Assembly: GCA_913046035.1 (NCBI GenBank)
Contig: CAJWSW010000005.1
Coordinates: 6,667 to 70,666, forward strand
Source: an uncultured Alphaproteobacteria bacterium
GTDB lineage: Bacteria > Pseudomonadota > Alphaproteobacteria > MPNO01 > UBA830
DNA length: 64,000 nt
Direction of reading: 5' to 3'
How positions within the stretch are numbered: position 1 is the stretch's first letter; each line of letters opens with the position of its first letter. This document shows, piece by piece, positions 38,590 through 48,268 of the stretch. The position numbers and the translations under genes are program-made. A model generated the notes under the pieces. It was given only the letters and a program-made list of their open reading frames with translations, made no database searches and was not told where the DNA came from.

Positions 38590-39780
38590 TTGACAGAAGA
38601 TTTGATTGTAGTGGCGGGCGCCGGCCTCGGAGGACTTGGCGTCGCCTTGGGTTTAGCACAGAACGGAAAACGTGCCGTGGTCCTGGAAAAAGCACCGGCG
38701 CTTGGTGAGATTGGTGCCGGTATCCAGCTTGGCCCCAACGCATTCCACTCTTTTGATTATCTGGGCGTCGGGAAGCGTGCGCGAAAACAGGCAGTATATG
38801 TAGAGCGGTTAAGGTTCATGGACGCAATGTCAGCCGAAGAGGTCAATAACGTGCCTCTGGGTGAAGGGTTTCGTGAGCGATTTGGTAATCCATATGCCGT
38901 GGTTCATCGTGCCGACTTGCACAAAGAACTTGTCAACGCCTGTGAAGAACATGATCTGGTAGAGTTGCGCGTCAATAGCGAAGTTATAGGATACGACCAA
39001 GATGGAACTACTGTAACCGCGCATCTGGCCAGCGGTGAACGTGTTAATGGTTCATTGCTAATTGGAGCAGACGGTCTTCATTCGTCTGTTCGGGGTAAAG
39101 TGATAGGCGACGGTGCGCCACGTACATCGGGCCATTCGACTTACCGAGCTGTCATCCCGGTTGATACAATGCCGGAGGATTTGCGCTGGAATGCGGCAAC
39201 ACTGTGGATGGGTCCAAAGTGCCACCTCGTGCACTATCCATTGTCGGGATGGAAAGTGTTTAACCTTGTTGTCACTAAGGATAATCACGCGCAGGATGTG
39301 GTCGCAGGTAAACCGCTTACCAAAGCCGACGTACACGAGCATTTCGATCATATTCACGAAACACCACGCCGACTAATCGATCTAAGTGAAGACTGGCGCG
39401 TTTGGGTGCTTTGTGATCGCGAACCGGTTGATAACTGGGTCGATGGGCGGGTGGTACTTTTAGGGGATGCTGCACATCCAACGCTGCAATACTATGCGCA
39501 AGGTGCATGTATGGCGTTGGAAGACGGGGTCTGTTTATCGCAGCTGGTAGCCGCTAGCCCGGATAATCTTGAGGGGGCACTGCAACGTTACCAAGAGCGC
39601 CGACTGGTGCGAACCGCCCGCATACAGATCGGTTCACGTCAACTGGGCGACAATTGGTTTCACGTGGACGGGGTTCATCGGCTACTTCGCAATGAAATAA
39701 TGGGTAATATGACGGCTGAGGATTATTACAACCAGCTTGACTGGTTGTATGGACACAACGAGGCTAAATTGGCCGCGTGA
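38590..39780 (+). CDS. 3-hydroxybenzoate 6-monooxygenase-like FAD monooxygenase (salicylate hydroxylase/NicC clan)
   Basis: GAGLGGL, GEIGAGIQLGPNA, FGNPYAVVHRADLH, GADG, DLRWNAATLW, HLVHYPL, GDAAHPTLQYYAQGAC. Confidence 0.88.
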   Translation: MTEDLIVVAGAGLGGLGVALGLAQNGKRAVVLEKAPALGEIGAGIQLGPNAFHSFDYLGVGKRARKQAVYVERLRFMDAMSAEEVNNVPLGEGFRERFGNPYAVVHRADLHKELVNACEEHDLVELRVNSEVIGYDQDGTTVTAHLASGERVNGSLLIGADGLHSSVRGKVIGDGAPRTSGHSTYRAVIPVDTMPEDLRWNAATLWMGPKCHLVHYPLSGWKVFNLVVTKDNHAQDVVAGKPLTKADVHEHFDHIHETPRRLIDLSEDWRVWVLCDREPVDNWVDGRVVLLGDAAHPTLQYYAQGACMALEDGVCLSQLVAASPDNLEGALQRYQERRLVRTARIQIGSRQLGDNWFHVDGVHRLLRNEIMGNMTAEDYYNQLDWLYGHNEAKLAA

Positions 39781-40259
39781 TGGCGAGTAATGCGCTGAAA
39801 TCCAGTATTCTCGAAGACTTACGTCAGGCACCCGGGCATCTTTTGCGCCGGTGCCAGCAGATCGCTGTCTCGGTATTTCTCGACGAATGCCAAACTTGGG
39901 ATCTCACCCCAGTGCAGTTTGCTGTATTGGTAGAGCTCAATCGTCATGGTCCTCATGATCAGGTGGGTCTTGGTGGTGCGCTTGCGATGGATCGGACAAC
40001 GATAGGCGTGGTGGTCAAAAAGCTAGAAGAGCGGGGGCTCGTCGAAAGGTCGATTTCTGAACAGGACCGTCGATCAAAGCCGGTTTCTATTACTTCTGCG
40101 GGTTCAGCCCTCATTCGCAACGTACTACCCGCCGCTGAGATGGCGCAGGACCGTATGCTGGCGCCGTTGAATGATGCGGAGCGAAGCCAATTTATGCGTC
40201 TTTTAGGTAAAGTCGCTGACGGTAATAATAGCGAGAGCCGTGCGCCACTGCGTCGTTAG
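39777..40259 (+). CDS. MarR family transcriptional regulator
   Basis: HLLRRCQQ, LTPVQFAVL, DRTT, LEERGLV, DRR. Confidence 0.93.
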   Translation: MMASNALKSSILEDLRQAPGHLLRRCQQIAVSVFLDECQTWDLTPVQFAVLVELNRHGPHDQVGLGGALAMDRTTIGVVVKKLEERGLVERSISEQDRRSKPVSITSAGSALIRNVLPAAEMAQDRMLAPLNDAERSQFMRLLGKVADGNNSESRAPLRR

Positions 40260-40867
40260 CGAAAGTCTCGCCGCAGTGATGGATTGGCCATAGTCGTATC
40301 CTGACCGGGAGGAGCATTTTCAACCGCACTTTCCAGTGTCATCTCTTCTTGCCATTCTCCCGCCGGTCGTGCCGTTCCATCCGCTGAGATTTGATCAATC
40401 CCCCAGTAGATCTCTAGCATATGTCGGTCTGGATCGAAGAACTCCACTGCAACCTGACAACCAGCGCGTCGACGGCCAAGATAGGAAATTTCCACATTGT
40501 GCGCCTCTAAATGGTCACGCGCGCGAAAAATCTCGTCGATTGTCGAAACCTCGAATGCCATGTGGTCCAATTCTTTGCTTTTGCTGGGACCTTTAGCGCC
40601 GCCAATGAGTGCAACGCCGTGATGATCGGCGGCACATCTCATAAACACCATTCGGCCGGGAACCATTGTCGCGGGGTACACGTCAGAAACTATGAAACCG
40701 AGGACCTCAGTATAAAACTTTACCGATTTCTCTATGTTTTGAACCTTCAGTACGACATGACCGATCTTATTGATGCTAAATGGAAGGCCTTTGGGTGTCA
40801 GCGTGTTCCGCAGTGCCACCACGTCCGGTTGGTTAAGACCTTCTGTGTCTACGATCCCGCGCGCCAT
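40256..40867 (-). CDS. VOC family protein (glyoxalase/extradiol dioxygenase-like)
   Basis: IGHVVL, FYTEVLGF, DHH, LDHMAFEV, FFDPDRHMLE. Confidence 0.87.
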   Translation of the reverse strand: MARGIVDTEGLNQPDVVALRNTLTPKGLPFSINKIGHVVLKVQNIEKSVKFYTEVLGFIVSDVYPATMVPGRMVFMRCAADHHGVALIGGAKGPSKSKELDHMAFEVSTIDEIFRARDHLEAHNVEISYLGRRRAGCQVAVEFFDPDRHMLEIYWGIDQISADGTARPAGEWQEEMTLESAVENAPPGQDTTMANPSLRRDFR

Positions 40868-41210
40868 AATCTCTCCCCAAAATTTTGATAGTTTTACCAG
40901 ACGTCATTAAGCAAGGCGATCCAAATGGGCGGCTTGCGATTACCTTGAGGATAATCTGCACACGAAATCGGATTACGCGGTTAGAGGTGGGGTCTAAAAC
41001 ACCTTTGGCCTCGTGCTCATGACGACCCCATTGTCAAAGCGATGATTGCCGACTTGCACTTTCTATAGCCGACGCTCAAGGGCACGGACACTTAAAAGCC
41101 TGCATTGACCCAGAGAGCGACAAAACTTCGCTGGTCATCCCAGCTCCGCCGAAGACATGGGATCCGTATATGCTGCTTCCACTGTATTAGTGATTACGGC
41201 TCAGCTATGT

Positions 41211-43592
41211 TCAGATCTTGCCAAGCGCTCCAAGAACGATTTCTGGTGTGATTGGCTGTTCGGTAACTCTGCCATCTGTCAGAGGTTTTATTGCATTATT
41301 TACGGCGTTCATTACCACGCCCGGTGCTGCGCCAGTGCCCGACTCGCCGGCCCCTTTAGCCCCTAATTCAGACTCACTCGTCGGCGTTTGAATGTGGTCG
41401 ATTTCTATATCAGGCATTTCAGACATCATTGGTGTTACATAATCCGCCATCGTGCCGTTCTGTAGTTGACCGTAGTCGTCGTAAATGCAGTGCTCGTATA
41501 GTGCCCCGCCCAAACCCTGCACGCAGCCTCCGCGGATCTGTTCGTCGGCAAGCTGTTGATTAATAATGCGGCCACAATCTTCCACAACCCAGTGTTTTAA
41601 GTGCCTAATCCAACCGGTATCCACATCCACCTCAACGTATGCCCCGTGGATGCCATTGGTATAGATATAAGGCGAATCCTGCAGTCGATAGCGCCGTGTG
41701 TGCGATAGCACGGGTTGGTAATTATTCGGCAGCTCACCTAGTTGGAAATGACCAATGCGTCCGATCTCAGAGAGCGGAATACGTGGTTCATTTGATCCGT
41801 CATTGACGACGTGCCCATCTACGATATCTAGTTCATTAGGGTCGGCCTGAAGTAATATCCCGGCCATGTGAAGGATCTCGCGACGCAAGTCGAGTGCAGC
41901 CTGGTAGGTAGCTTCACCGCCGATAGCTGTTGCACGGGATGCATAAGTTCCACCGCCATAAGGGGTGGCGTCCGTGTCACCTGAAATCGCGCGAACGTGA
42001 TCCATCGAACATCCGATAGCGGCCGCTGCAATTTGCTCCATAACGGTATCGACGCCCTGACCTTGATCCGTGACGCCAAGAGCGACGATAACGCCGCCCG
42101 AAGGCTCTAATTTAACTGTGGTGGCGTCCTGTGCTGCAATGCGAGCGCCGCCGGCACCATAATAGCCAACTGGGCTAGGCGCCGTTCCCTTGATAAAGCC
42201 GGCGACGCCTATCCCACGGTATATGCCTTTTTTTCGCAATTCTGTCTGTTCGGAAAGCAAATCTTCGTATGCCATAAGCCCGTACAGTTTTTCTAGGCAG
42301 GCTTGATGCGAGAGATCCTTCATCGGTATACCTGATCCGATCGGCCGCGGGTAGGAGTCGTCTTCCATTATGTTTTTTCGCCGGATCTCGAAAGGATCGA
42401 GGCCTGTGACATCGGCGGCCCAGTCCATCATGAATTCACCCACCGAGATGCCGATTGGATGTCCAACCGCGCGATATTGTGAGGTGGGCACTGCGTTCAG
42501 GTAAACCACCTGTGCGCGGGCTCTATAATTCGGGTGTTTGTAGGGACCGAAGCTAATGTTGAGAATTTGATTGGCTTCAAAAACGGAGGTGCGGGGATAC
42601 TGAGAATAGGCGCCTACGCCGGAGAGGTCATCGATTTCGGCGGCAATCATGGTACCGTCGTTCATGATACCAATTTTAGCCTTCACTCTGTTCTCGCGGG
42701 CGTGGATATCAGACAAAAATGACTCCAGCCGGTCAGCTACGAACTTCACCGGTCGACCAAGTTGTATAGCTGCCGCTGTAGCCGCAATCTCGTCGCCGAA
42801 GGTATGAATTTTTAGCCCAAATGAGCCGCCTACATCAGGTGCGACGATGCGCACATTGTGTTCTGGCACGCCCAATGTTTGAGCAAACACCGTCTCTATC
42901 ATGTGCGGGCACTGGCTAGATGTGTGTATGGTCAGTTGCTCGGTGCCTTTATCGTACTCGCATAGCACGATGCGAGGCTCAAGGCTGACAGCCGTATGGC
43001 GTCCAAAATAGAATGTCTCTTCAAGTACGTGGTCAGCTTCTTCAAAAGCTTTATCTACATCGCCGGAGCCGAGGGTGTGTTCCCACGCTTTATTATCGCC
43101 CAGGTTGGCATGAATTACAGGTGATCCAGGATCGAGGGCTGTTTCTTTGTTGATGACGACCGGAAGTTCTTCATATTCGACAACGACCAACTCCCCGGCA
43201 TCCTCTGCCTGTGCACGGGTCTCAGCGATGACCATAACAACCGGCTCACCGTGCCAGCAAACCCGGTCGACTGCCATCGGATGTTGTGGCTCGGCCTTCA
43301 TGTTTTCGAAAACCTTCAGTGTGCCAACCCAGGGGCCTGTGCACATCTCGGCGAGCTCACTTCCCGTCATTACCAGTTTAACGCCCGAGGCATCTTTTGC
43401 AGCCTCTACATCGATGTTCAGTATTTTGGCGTGTGCATAAGGGCTGCGGACGAAGGCCGCATGCAGTGTCCTGGGCGGCGTGATATCATCTGTGTAGCGT
43501 CCTCGACCAGCCACCGCGCGTTTTGCACGCGACCGTGGGAGGGTGCGTCCTATATAAGAATTCGGCCGGTCATACGGATGAATAAAGCCCAT
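41211..43592 (-). CDS. Xanthine dehydrogenase family molybdopterin-binding subunit
   Basis: GRGRYTDD, RSPYAHA, GGSFGLK, QYRAVGHP, DQGQG, KGAGESG. Confidence 0.93.
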   Translation of the reverse strand: MGFIHPYDRPNSYIGRTLPRSRAKRAVAGRGRYTDDITPPRTLHAAFVRSPYAHAKILNIDVEAAKDASGVKLVMTGSELAEMCTGPWVGTLKVFENMKAEPQHPMAVDRVCWHGEPVVMVIAETRAQAEDAGELVVVEYEELPVVINKETALDPGSPVIHANLGDNKAWEHTLGSGDVDKAFEEADHVLEETFYFGRHTAVSLEPRIVLCEYDKGTEQLTIHTSSQCPHMIETVFAQTLGVPEHNVRIVAPDVGGSFGLKIHTFGDEIAATAAAIQLGRPVKFVADRLESFLSDIHARENRVKAKIGIMNDGTMIAAEIDDLSGVGAYSQYPRTSVFEANQILNISFGPYKHPNYRARAQVVYLNAVPTSQYRAVGHPIGISVGEFMMDWAADVTGLDPFEIRRKNIMEDDSYPRPIGSGIPMKDLSHQACLEKLYGLMAYEDLLSEQTELRKKGIYRGIGVAGFIKGTAPSPVGYYGAGGARIAAQDATTVKLEPSGGVIVALGVTDQGQGVDTVMEQIAAAAIGCSMDHVRAISGDTDATPYGGGTYASRATAIGGEATYQAALDLRREILHMAGILLQADPNELDIVDGHVVNDGSNEPRIPLSEIGRIGHFQLGELPNNYQPVLSHTRRYRLQDSPYIYTNGIHGAYVEVDVDTGWIRHLKHWVVEDCGRIINQQLADEQIRGGCVQGLGGALYEHCIYDDYGQLQNGTMADYVTPMMSEMPDIEIDHIQTPTSESELGAKGAGESGTGAAPGVVMNAVNNAIKPLTDGRVTEQPITPEIVLGALGKI

Positions 43593-43597
43593 CGAAT

Positions 43598-44080
43598 TCA
43601 GCCTCCCAGTCGTTCGTTATTAATCGACTCAATGGCATCGACTATAGCGTGGTAGCCTGTGCACCTGCAGTAGTTTCCTGACATGTACTCGCGTATATCG
43701 TCGCGGCTCATTTCAGTCTTTTGCGCCAATAATTCGGCAGCCGTCATAAGCATTCCGGGTGTGCAGTAGCCGCATTGCAATGCATTCCGTTCGACGAATT
43801 TTTCCTGAAGATCCGAGATCTCGCCCGTATCTGTTATCCCTTCAATGGTAAGGACCTCGCATCCATCGGCCTGGGCTGCCAACAGTAAGCAGCCGCGAAC
43901 AACATCACCATCAACCCGCACTGAGCATGCGCCACACACTCCGTGTTCGCAGCCCAGATGTGATCCTGTAAAACCCAGCTCTGTGCGGATAAAATCCACA
44001 AGGTGTGTGCGAACTGGGATGGTCTTCGAGACTGCCTCGCCGTTAACTGTCATATTAACGGTGATCATTTCTTCGCTCAT
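43598..44080 (-). CDS. (2Fe-2S)-binding subunit (CoxS/CutS-like)
   Basis: GCEHGVCGAC, QCGYCTPG, NYCRCTGY. Confidence 0.95.
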   Translation of the reverse strand: MSEEMITVNMTVNGEAVSKTIPVRTHLVDFIRTELGFTGSHLGCEHGVCGACSVRVDGDVVRGCLLLAAQADGCEVLTIEGITDTGEISDLQEKFVERNALQCGYCTPGMLMTAAELLAQKTEMSRDDIREYMSGNYCRCTGYHAIVDAIESINNERLGG

Positions 44081-44949
44081 AATGTGCCTCCCGCTCTCGA
44101 AACCGCGGTATCCATCGCGCGCCCAGTCAAGACTTTCTGCAAGTGTAGTTTCATGGCGGCTGATCCGTTCAGGTTAGCCATTGGGTCGAGATCATTTTCA
44201 AGCGCTGCAGAAACTGCATCCTTTGTTTCTTCAGACCAGGCGTGCCCATTAAGAGCTGCGATAGCATGTTCGCCGATCACCGGCCGATCTTCGCTCGCGA
44301 AATAAACGAGACGCATGTCGTCGATGGTTTCACCGGTAACCTTGCCATACGCACATATGCCAGCGATCGCGTAATCCCCATGTCGTCGAGAAAGTTCCAT
44401 AAACACGGATACATTGTCTTTCTTCTGGGACGGAAAACGGATTTCAACCAGTAATTCATTTTCTGCCCGCGCTGTTTCATAGAGGCCATGAAAAAATTGC
44501 TCAGCCGGTATCTCGCGCTTACCACCGCTATTTTGGACTACTAAAGTTGCGCCAAGTGCAAGAGCACAAGCAGGCATTTCAGCGGCCGGATCGGAAAGAG
44601 CTATACTCCCGCCAATCGTGCCTCGATTACGGATAGCGACGTGGGCTACGTAGGGCATTGCTTCGGTAACCAACGGCAGATGGGCCGAAACAATATCCGA
44701 ATTTAGAACTTCGACATGACGTGTTAAAGCTCCAATAACGACTGTGTCACCATCCAGTGAAATTCCCTTGAGCTCATTTAACCGATTAATATCAATAAGA
44801 ATCTCAGGCTGCGAAAGACGCATATTTAGCGTGGGCATGAGGCTCTGCCCGCCTGCAAGAATGCGAGCATCGTCTCCGTGTTTATCAAGAAGTTCCAGCG
44901 CATGTTCGACGCTGTCTGCACGTACGTAAGAAAATTTCGGCGCCTTCAA
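44077..44949 (-). CDS. FAD-binding subunit (CoxM/CutM-like)
   Basis: LAGGQSLMP, IRNRGTIGGS, DPAAE, RRHGDYA. Confidence 0.95.
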   Translation of the reverse strand: MKAPKFSYVRADSVEHALELLDKHGDDARILAGGQSLMPTLNMRLSQPEILIDINRLNELKGISLDGDTVVIGALTRHVEVLNSDIVSAHLPLVTEAMPYVAHVAIRNRGTIGGSIALSDPAAEMPACALALGATLVVQNSGGKREIPAEQFFHGLYETARAENELLVEIRFPSQKKDNVSVFMELSRRHGDYAIAGICAYGKVTGETIDDMRLVYFASEDRPVIGEHAIAALNGHAWSEETKDAVSAALENDLDPMANLNGSAAMKLHLQKVLTGRAMDTAVSRAGGTL

Positions 44950-45110
44950 GGCTACCTCCTCATTTAAGTCTCACTCACTCAAAACCTTTTAACGAATGTC
45001 ACACCTAGCTGGTCGTAATTCAAGAGGGGTTAACGCATAGCACTCCTCTTGATCTGCAACGCAGGCGCTGTGACAATCCCGACCAGGATAGCATAAAGAG
45101 GCTTAGAACG

Positions 45111-46010
45111 GTGGAGTTAAAAAAACATAATAGGTATGAGTATTCGCCCATTTCCGAAAGACCAGACTACAACTGGCCCGAAGGTAAGCGGATTGCGGTT
45201 TATTTTGCGTTAAATATAGAGCATTTCAGTTTTGGGGAAGGACTCGGTCACACGCCGACTAACCCGGGTACTCAGCCAGACGTGCGGAACTTTGCCTGGC
45301 GCGATTACGGTCTCAGAGTTGGAATTTGGCGAGTGTTCGATCTTTTCGACGATCTAAGTCTGCCGATGTGCCATTTGATGAATACATCGGTCTACGATTA
45401 TGCGCCCCAAATCCCTCACAAAATTCGCGAACGTGGTGACGAATTTGTCGGTCATGGTATAACTAATTCAGAGGAGCAGGGCGCGTACCCCAAAGACGAA
45501 GAGGCCAAACTCATTGGCCATGCGACGGCGGCGTTTCGAAAACACGAAGGAGAAGGCCCCGGCGGATGGATGGGCCCCTGGATCTCCGAAAGCGCACACA
45601 CGCCTGATCTTTTGCATGCTAATGGTTACCGTTACATCATGGATTGGTCTGCCGATGACCAGCCGTTCTGGATGTCGACGGAAACCGGACCTATTTTGTC
45701 TATCCCATATCACATTGAAATCAATGATTCTCCGGCGCAACTTAGCCGACGCCATACGTCTGATGAATTTACCCGAATGGTTACAGCGCATTTTGACGAG
45801 CAGATGCGACAGTGTGAAAAACAACCCTTAATTTTCAGCCTTGCGATGCACACGTTTGTGGTTGGTCAACCCTATCGGTTAGCTGGCTTGCGTGACATCC
45901 TGGCCCATATTGTAAATCATCCAGAAATGGAGAAAATTTGGTTCTGCCGCCCAAGGGATATTCATAAGCATGTAACCGGCTTGCCAGCAGGGACCGTCCC
46001 GGGAAGTTAA
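45111..46010 (+). CDS. Polysaccharide deacetylase family (CE4, PuuE/cyclic imide hydrolase-like)
   Basis: YSPISERP..WPEGKRIAV, AWRDYGLRVGIWR, GHG, GWMGP, DDQPFW, GQPYR. Confidence 0.87.
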   Translation: MELKKHNRYEYSPISERPDYNWPEGKRIAVYFALNIEHFSFGEGLGHTPTNPGTQPDVRNFAWRDYGLRVGIWRVFDLFDDLSLPMCHLMNTSVYDYAPQIPHKIRERGDEFVGHGITNSEEQGAYPKDEEAKLIGHATAAFRKHEGEGPGGWMGPWISESAHTPDLLHANGYRYIMDWSADDQPFWMSTETGPILSIPYHIEINDSPAQLSRRHTSDEFTRMVTAHFDEQMRQCEKQPLIFSLAMHTFVVGQPYRLAGLRDILAHIVNHPEMEKIWFCRPRDIHKHVTGLPAGTVPGS

Positions 46011-46153
46011 CTTCTGCGGCATTTACTTAAAATATTAGCCTACAACCCTAGTTCAAAAACGCACAGGGAGACCCCGGATCCTTGCGGGTTGTCAGCACTT
46101 TTCACGCTTGGTTTCATACACTAGTGTTTGAGCAATTATAGAGGGAGTGTTTT

Positions 46154-46981
46154 GTGCCAAAGGTTCTTTCTGAGGAGCAGATAAAACATTACCGGGAAAA
46201 CGGGTATCTTGGCCAAATGGATGGTATTGCCCCCACAGAAGCACGAGCGATGCTTGCTGATCTTACTGCGTTCACAGAAACACACGGAATATCTGCCGGG
46301 CAGTTGCAGATGAAGGGCCATCTATGTTTTCGGCGGTCGTACGAACTCACTTTTAATGATCGAATACTTGATGTCGTCGAAGACTTGATTGGTCCTAACC
46401 TAATGGCCTTTGCGTCGCGATTTTGGATAAAAGGCGCGCGGGATAAATCGTTCGTTTCATGGCACCAAGATTCTGCATATTTTGGGCTCGAGCCGCATGA
46501 GCTTGTGACTGTTTGGTTGGCGATCACGGATGCGACGCCTGAGATGGGTTGCATGAAGGTTATCCCCGGTTCACATCGTGGGAAATCCTATACGCACGAG
46601 GAAACTTTCGCGGAAAATAATTTGCTTGCCCGCGGACAAGTGATCCATGGAGTACGTAATGATGACGCCGTTTACTTGCCGCTTAAACAGGGTCAATTTT
46701 CGTGTCACCACGAGCGAATCCTTCACGCGTCGGACCCTAACGAGACCGAAGTCGATCGTATCGGTCTCGCGGTCTTTTTCATTCCAACCCACGTGAAATC
46801 GACAATAGGTCGACGCACAGCGTATTTGGTGCGGGGTGTCGATGATTTTGGTCACTGGGATAAAGATCCGGTACCGCAGAGCCGACTGGATACCGGAGTT
46901 ATAGAGCATGTTCGAGCCGCCGGAGAACGCTACATTGATCCCAAATATCGACAGGAAGCGGACCTCTCTGAAAAAAGGTAA
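46154..46981 (+). CDS. Phytanoyl-CoA dioxygenase (PhyH) family Fe(II)/2OG dioxygenase
   Basis: YRENGY, WHQD, TVWLAITDA...GCMKVIPGSH, HASDPN...R. Confidence 0.9.
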   Translation: MPKVLSEEQIKHYRENGYLGQMDGIAPTEARAMLADLTAFTETHGISAGQLQMKGHLCFRRSYELTFNDRILDVVEDLIGPNLMAFASRFWIKGARDKSFVSWHQDSAYFGLEPHELVTVWLAITDATPEMGCMKVIPGSHRGKSYTHEETFAENNLLARGQVIHGVRNDDAVYLPLKQGQFSCHHERILHASDPNETEVDRIGLAVFFIPTHVKSTIGRRTAYLVRGVDDFGHWDKDPVPQSRLDTGVIEHVRAAGERYIDPKYRQEADLSEKR

Positions 46982-46987
46982 GGTTGA

Positions 46988-48184
46988 CTAAATTACCCCA
47001 TCTTTTTCCAACGCTGCTATGTCCTCCTCGCTGTATCCGTACCGCTGCAGCATATCGATTGTGTGCTCGCCATACTCTGGCGCCGGAGATACCATACCGG
47101 CATCATGGCGGTTAGGCGTTCGGGATAGATGCATTGGCTGGCCTACCACCTCAATTTCACCCCGCACCGGGGACACCACCCTTCGCGCGATCCCGCTATG
47201 GATAATTTGCGGGTCGGCGAATACCTGATCCATTGAATAAATTGGACCACACGGCACACGGGCGTTATTTAATGCCTCGATCCAGTGGTTTGAGGTTTGC
47301 TGGGTAGTTGCTCGTTCGATCTCAACGATAAGCTCCGCGCGATGTTTTACTCGTGCATCGAATGTTGCGTACTTCGGATCATCGATAAGCGCATCGAGCC
47401 CGGTTGTTTTGCAAAACGCTCTCCAGTGCGCGGGCATTGGAGCGATGTTTATGAAACCATCCTGTGTCCGGAATGCTCCCATTGGCGCGATGGTCGGGTG
47501 ATGATTGCCCTGTTGCGGCGGCACCTCGCGGTCAACTAGCCAACGCGCTGCCTGAAAATCAAGCAGAAAAATCATAGCCTCAAGAAGCGACGTTTGCACC
47601 CATTGTCCCTCTCCAGAGCGCTCACGTTCTAAAAGCGCAAGCGCAATGCCATTGGCGCATAGTATGCCGGCGGTCATGTCACTAATCGCCGCGCCAGAGC
47701 GCATAGGTCCTTCGCCGGGTACGCCTGTCACCATCATGTGGCCGCCCATACCCTGGGCAATTTGATCGAGACACGGCCGTTCGGCATATGGGCCGTCTTG
47801 GCCGAATCCCGAAATACTGGCGTAGACGATGCGGGGGTTAATGGCCTTTAATGTATCGTAATCGACCTGAAGACGATGTTTTACTCCCGGGCGCATGTTC
47901 TCAACAACCACGTCTGCTTCTTTCGTCATATGGTAGAAGACTTGCTTGCCATTGTCGGATTTTAGATCCAACGTCATAGACTTTTTGTTACGGTGCAGAT
48001 TTTGGAAATCAGGTCCGTGACGTCGACCGAGATCGACATCTGCATCCGCGCCAGGGCTTTCAATTTTGACTACGTCGGCACCCCAATCTGCTAATTGGCG
48101 CACAGCGGTGGGTCCTGAGCGAGCACGCGTGAGATCGAGGACTTTTATTTGGGACAGGACTTGTCCCTGGCAATCATATGTCAT
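46988..48184 (-). CDS. CaiB/BaiF (class III) CoA transferase
   Basis: KVLDLT, LADWGADVVKIE, RNKKS, ENMRPG, SISGFGQDGP, catalytic Asp in ISDMTAG. Confidence 0.93.
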   Translation of the reverse strand: MTYDCQGQVLSQIKVLDLTRARSGPTAVRQLADWGADVVKIESPGADADVDLGRRHGPDFQNLHRNKKSMTLDLKSDNGKQVFYHMTKEADVVVENMRPGVKHRLQVDYDTLKAINPRIVYASISGFGQDGPYAERPCLDQIAQGMGGHMMVTGVPGEGPMRSGAAISDMTAGILCANGIALALLERERSGEGQWVQTSLLEAMIFLLDFQAARWLVDREVPPQQGNHHPTIAPMGAFRTQDGFINIAPMPAHWRAFCKTTGLDALIDDPKYATFDARVKHRAELIVEIERATTQQTSNHWIEALNNARVPCGPIYSMDQVFADPQIIHSGIARRVVSPVRGEIEVVGQPMHLSRTPNRHDAGMVSPAPEYGEHTIDMLQRYGYSEEDIAALEKDGVI

Positions 48185-48268
48185 TCTGTTTTTCCGGTAT
48201 CGGCATGTGTAATTATGATGTTTATCGGATAAACCATCTCATATGAATGGTTTCTTCGCGGTAAATTT

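Noticed and set aside
41134-41165. REP-like alphaproteobacterial palindrome (GTCATCCCAG...TGGGATCC), and a similar fragment near 46070
   Set aside because: Degenerate, with no clear second copy in the window.
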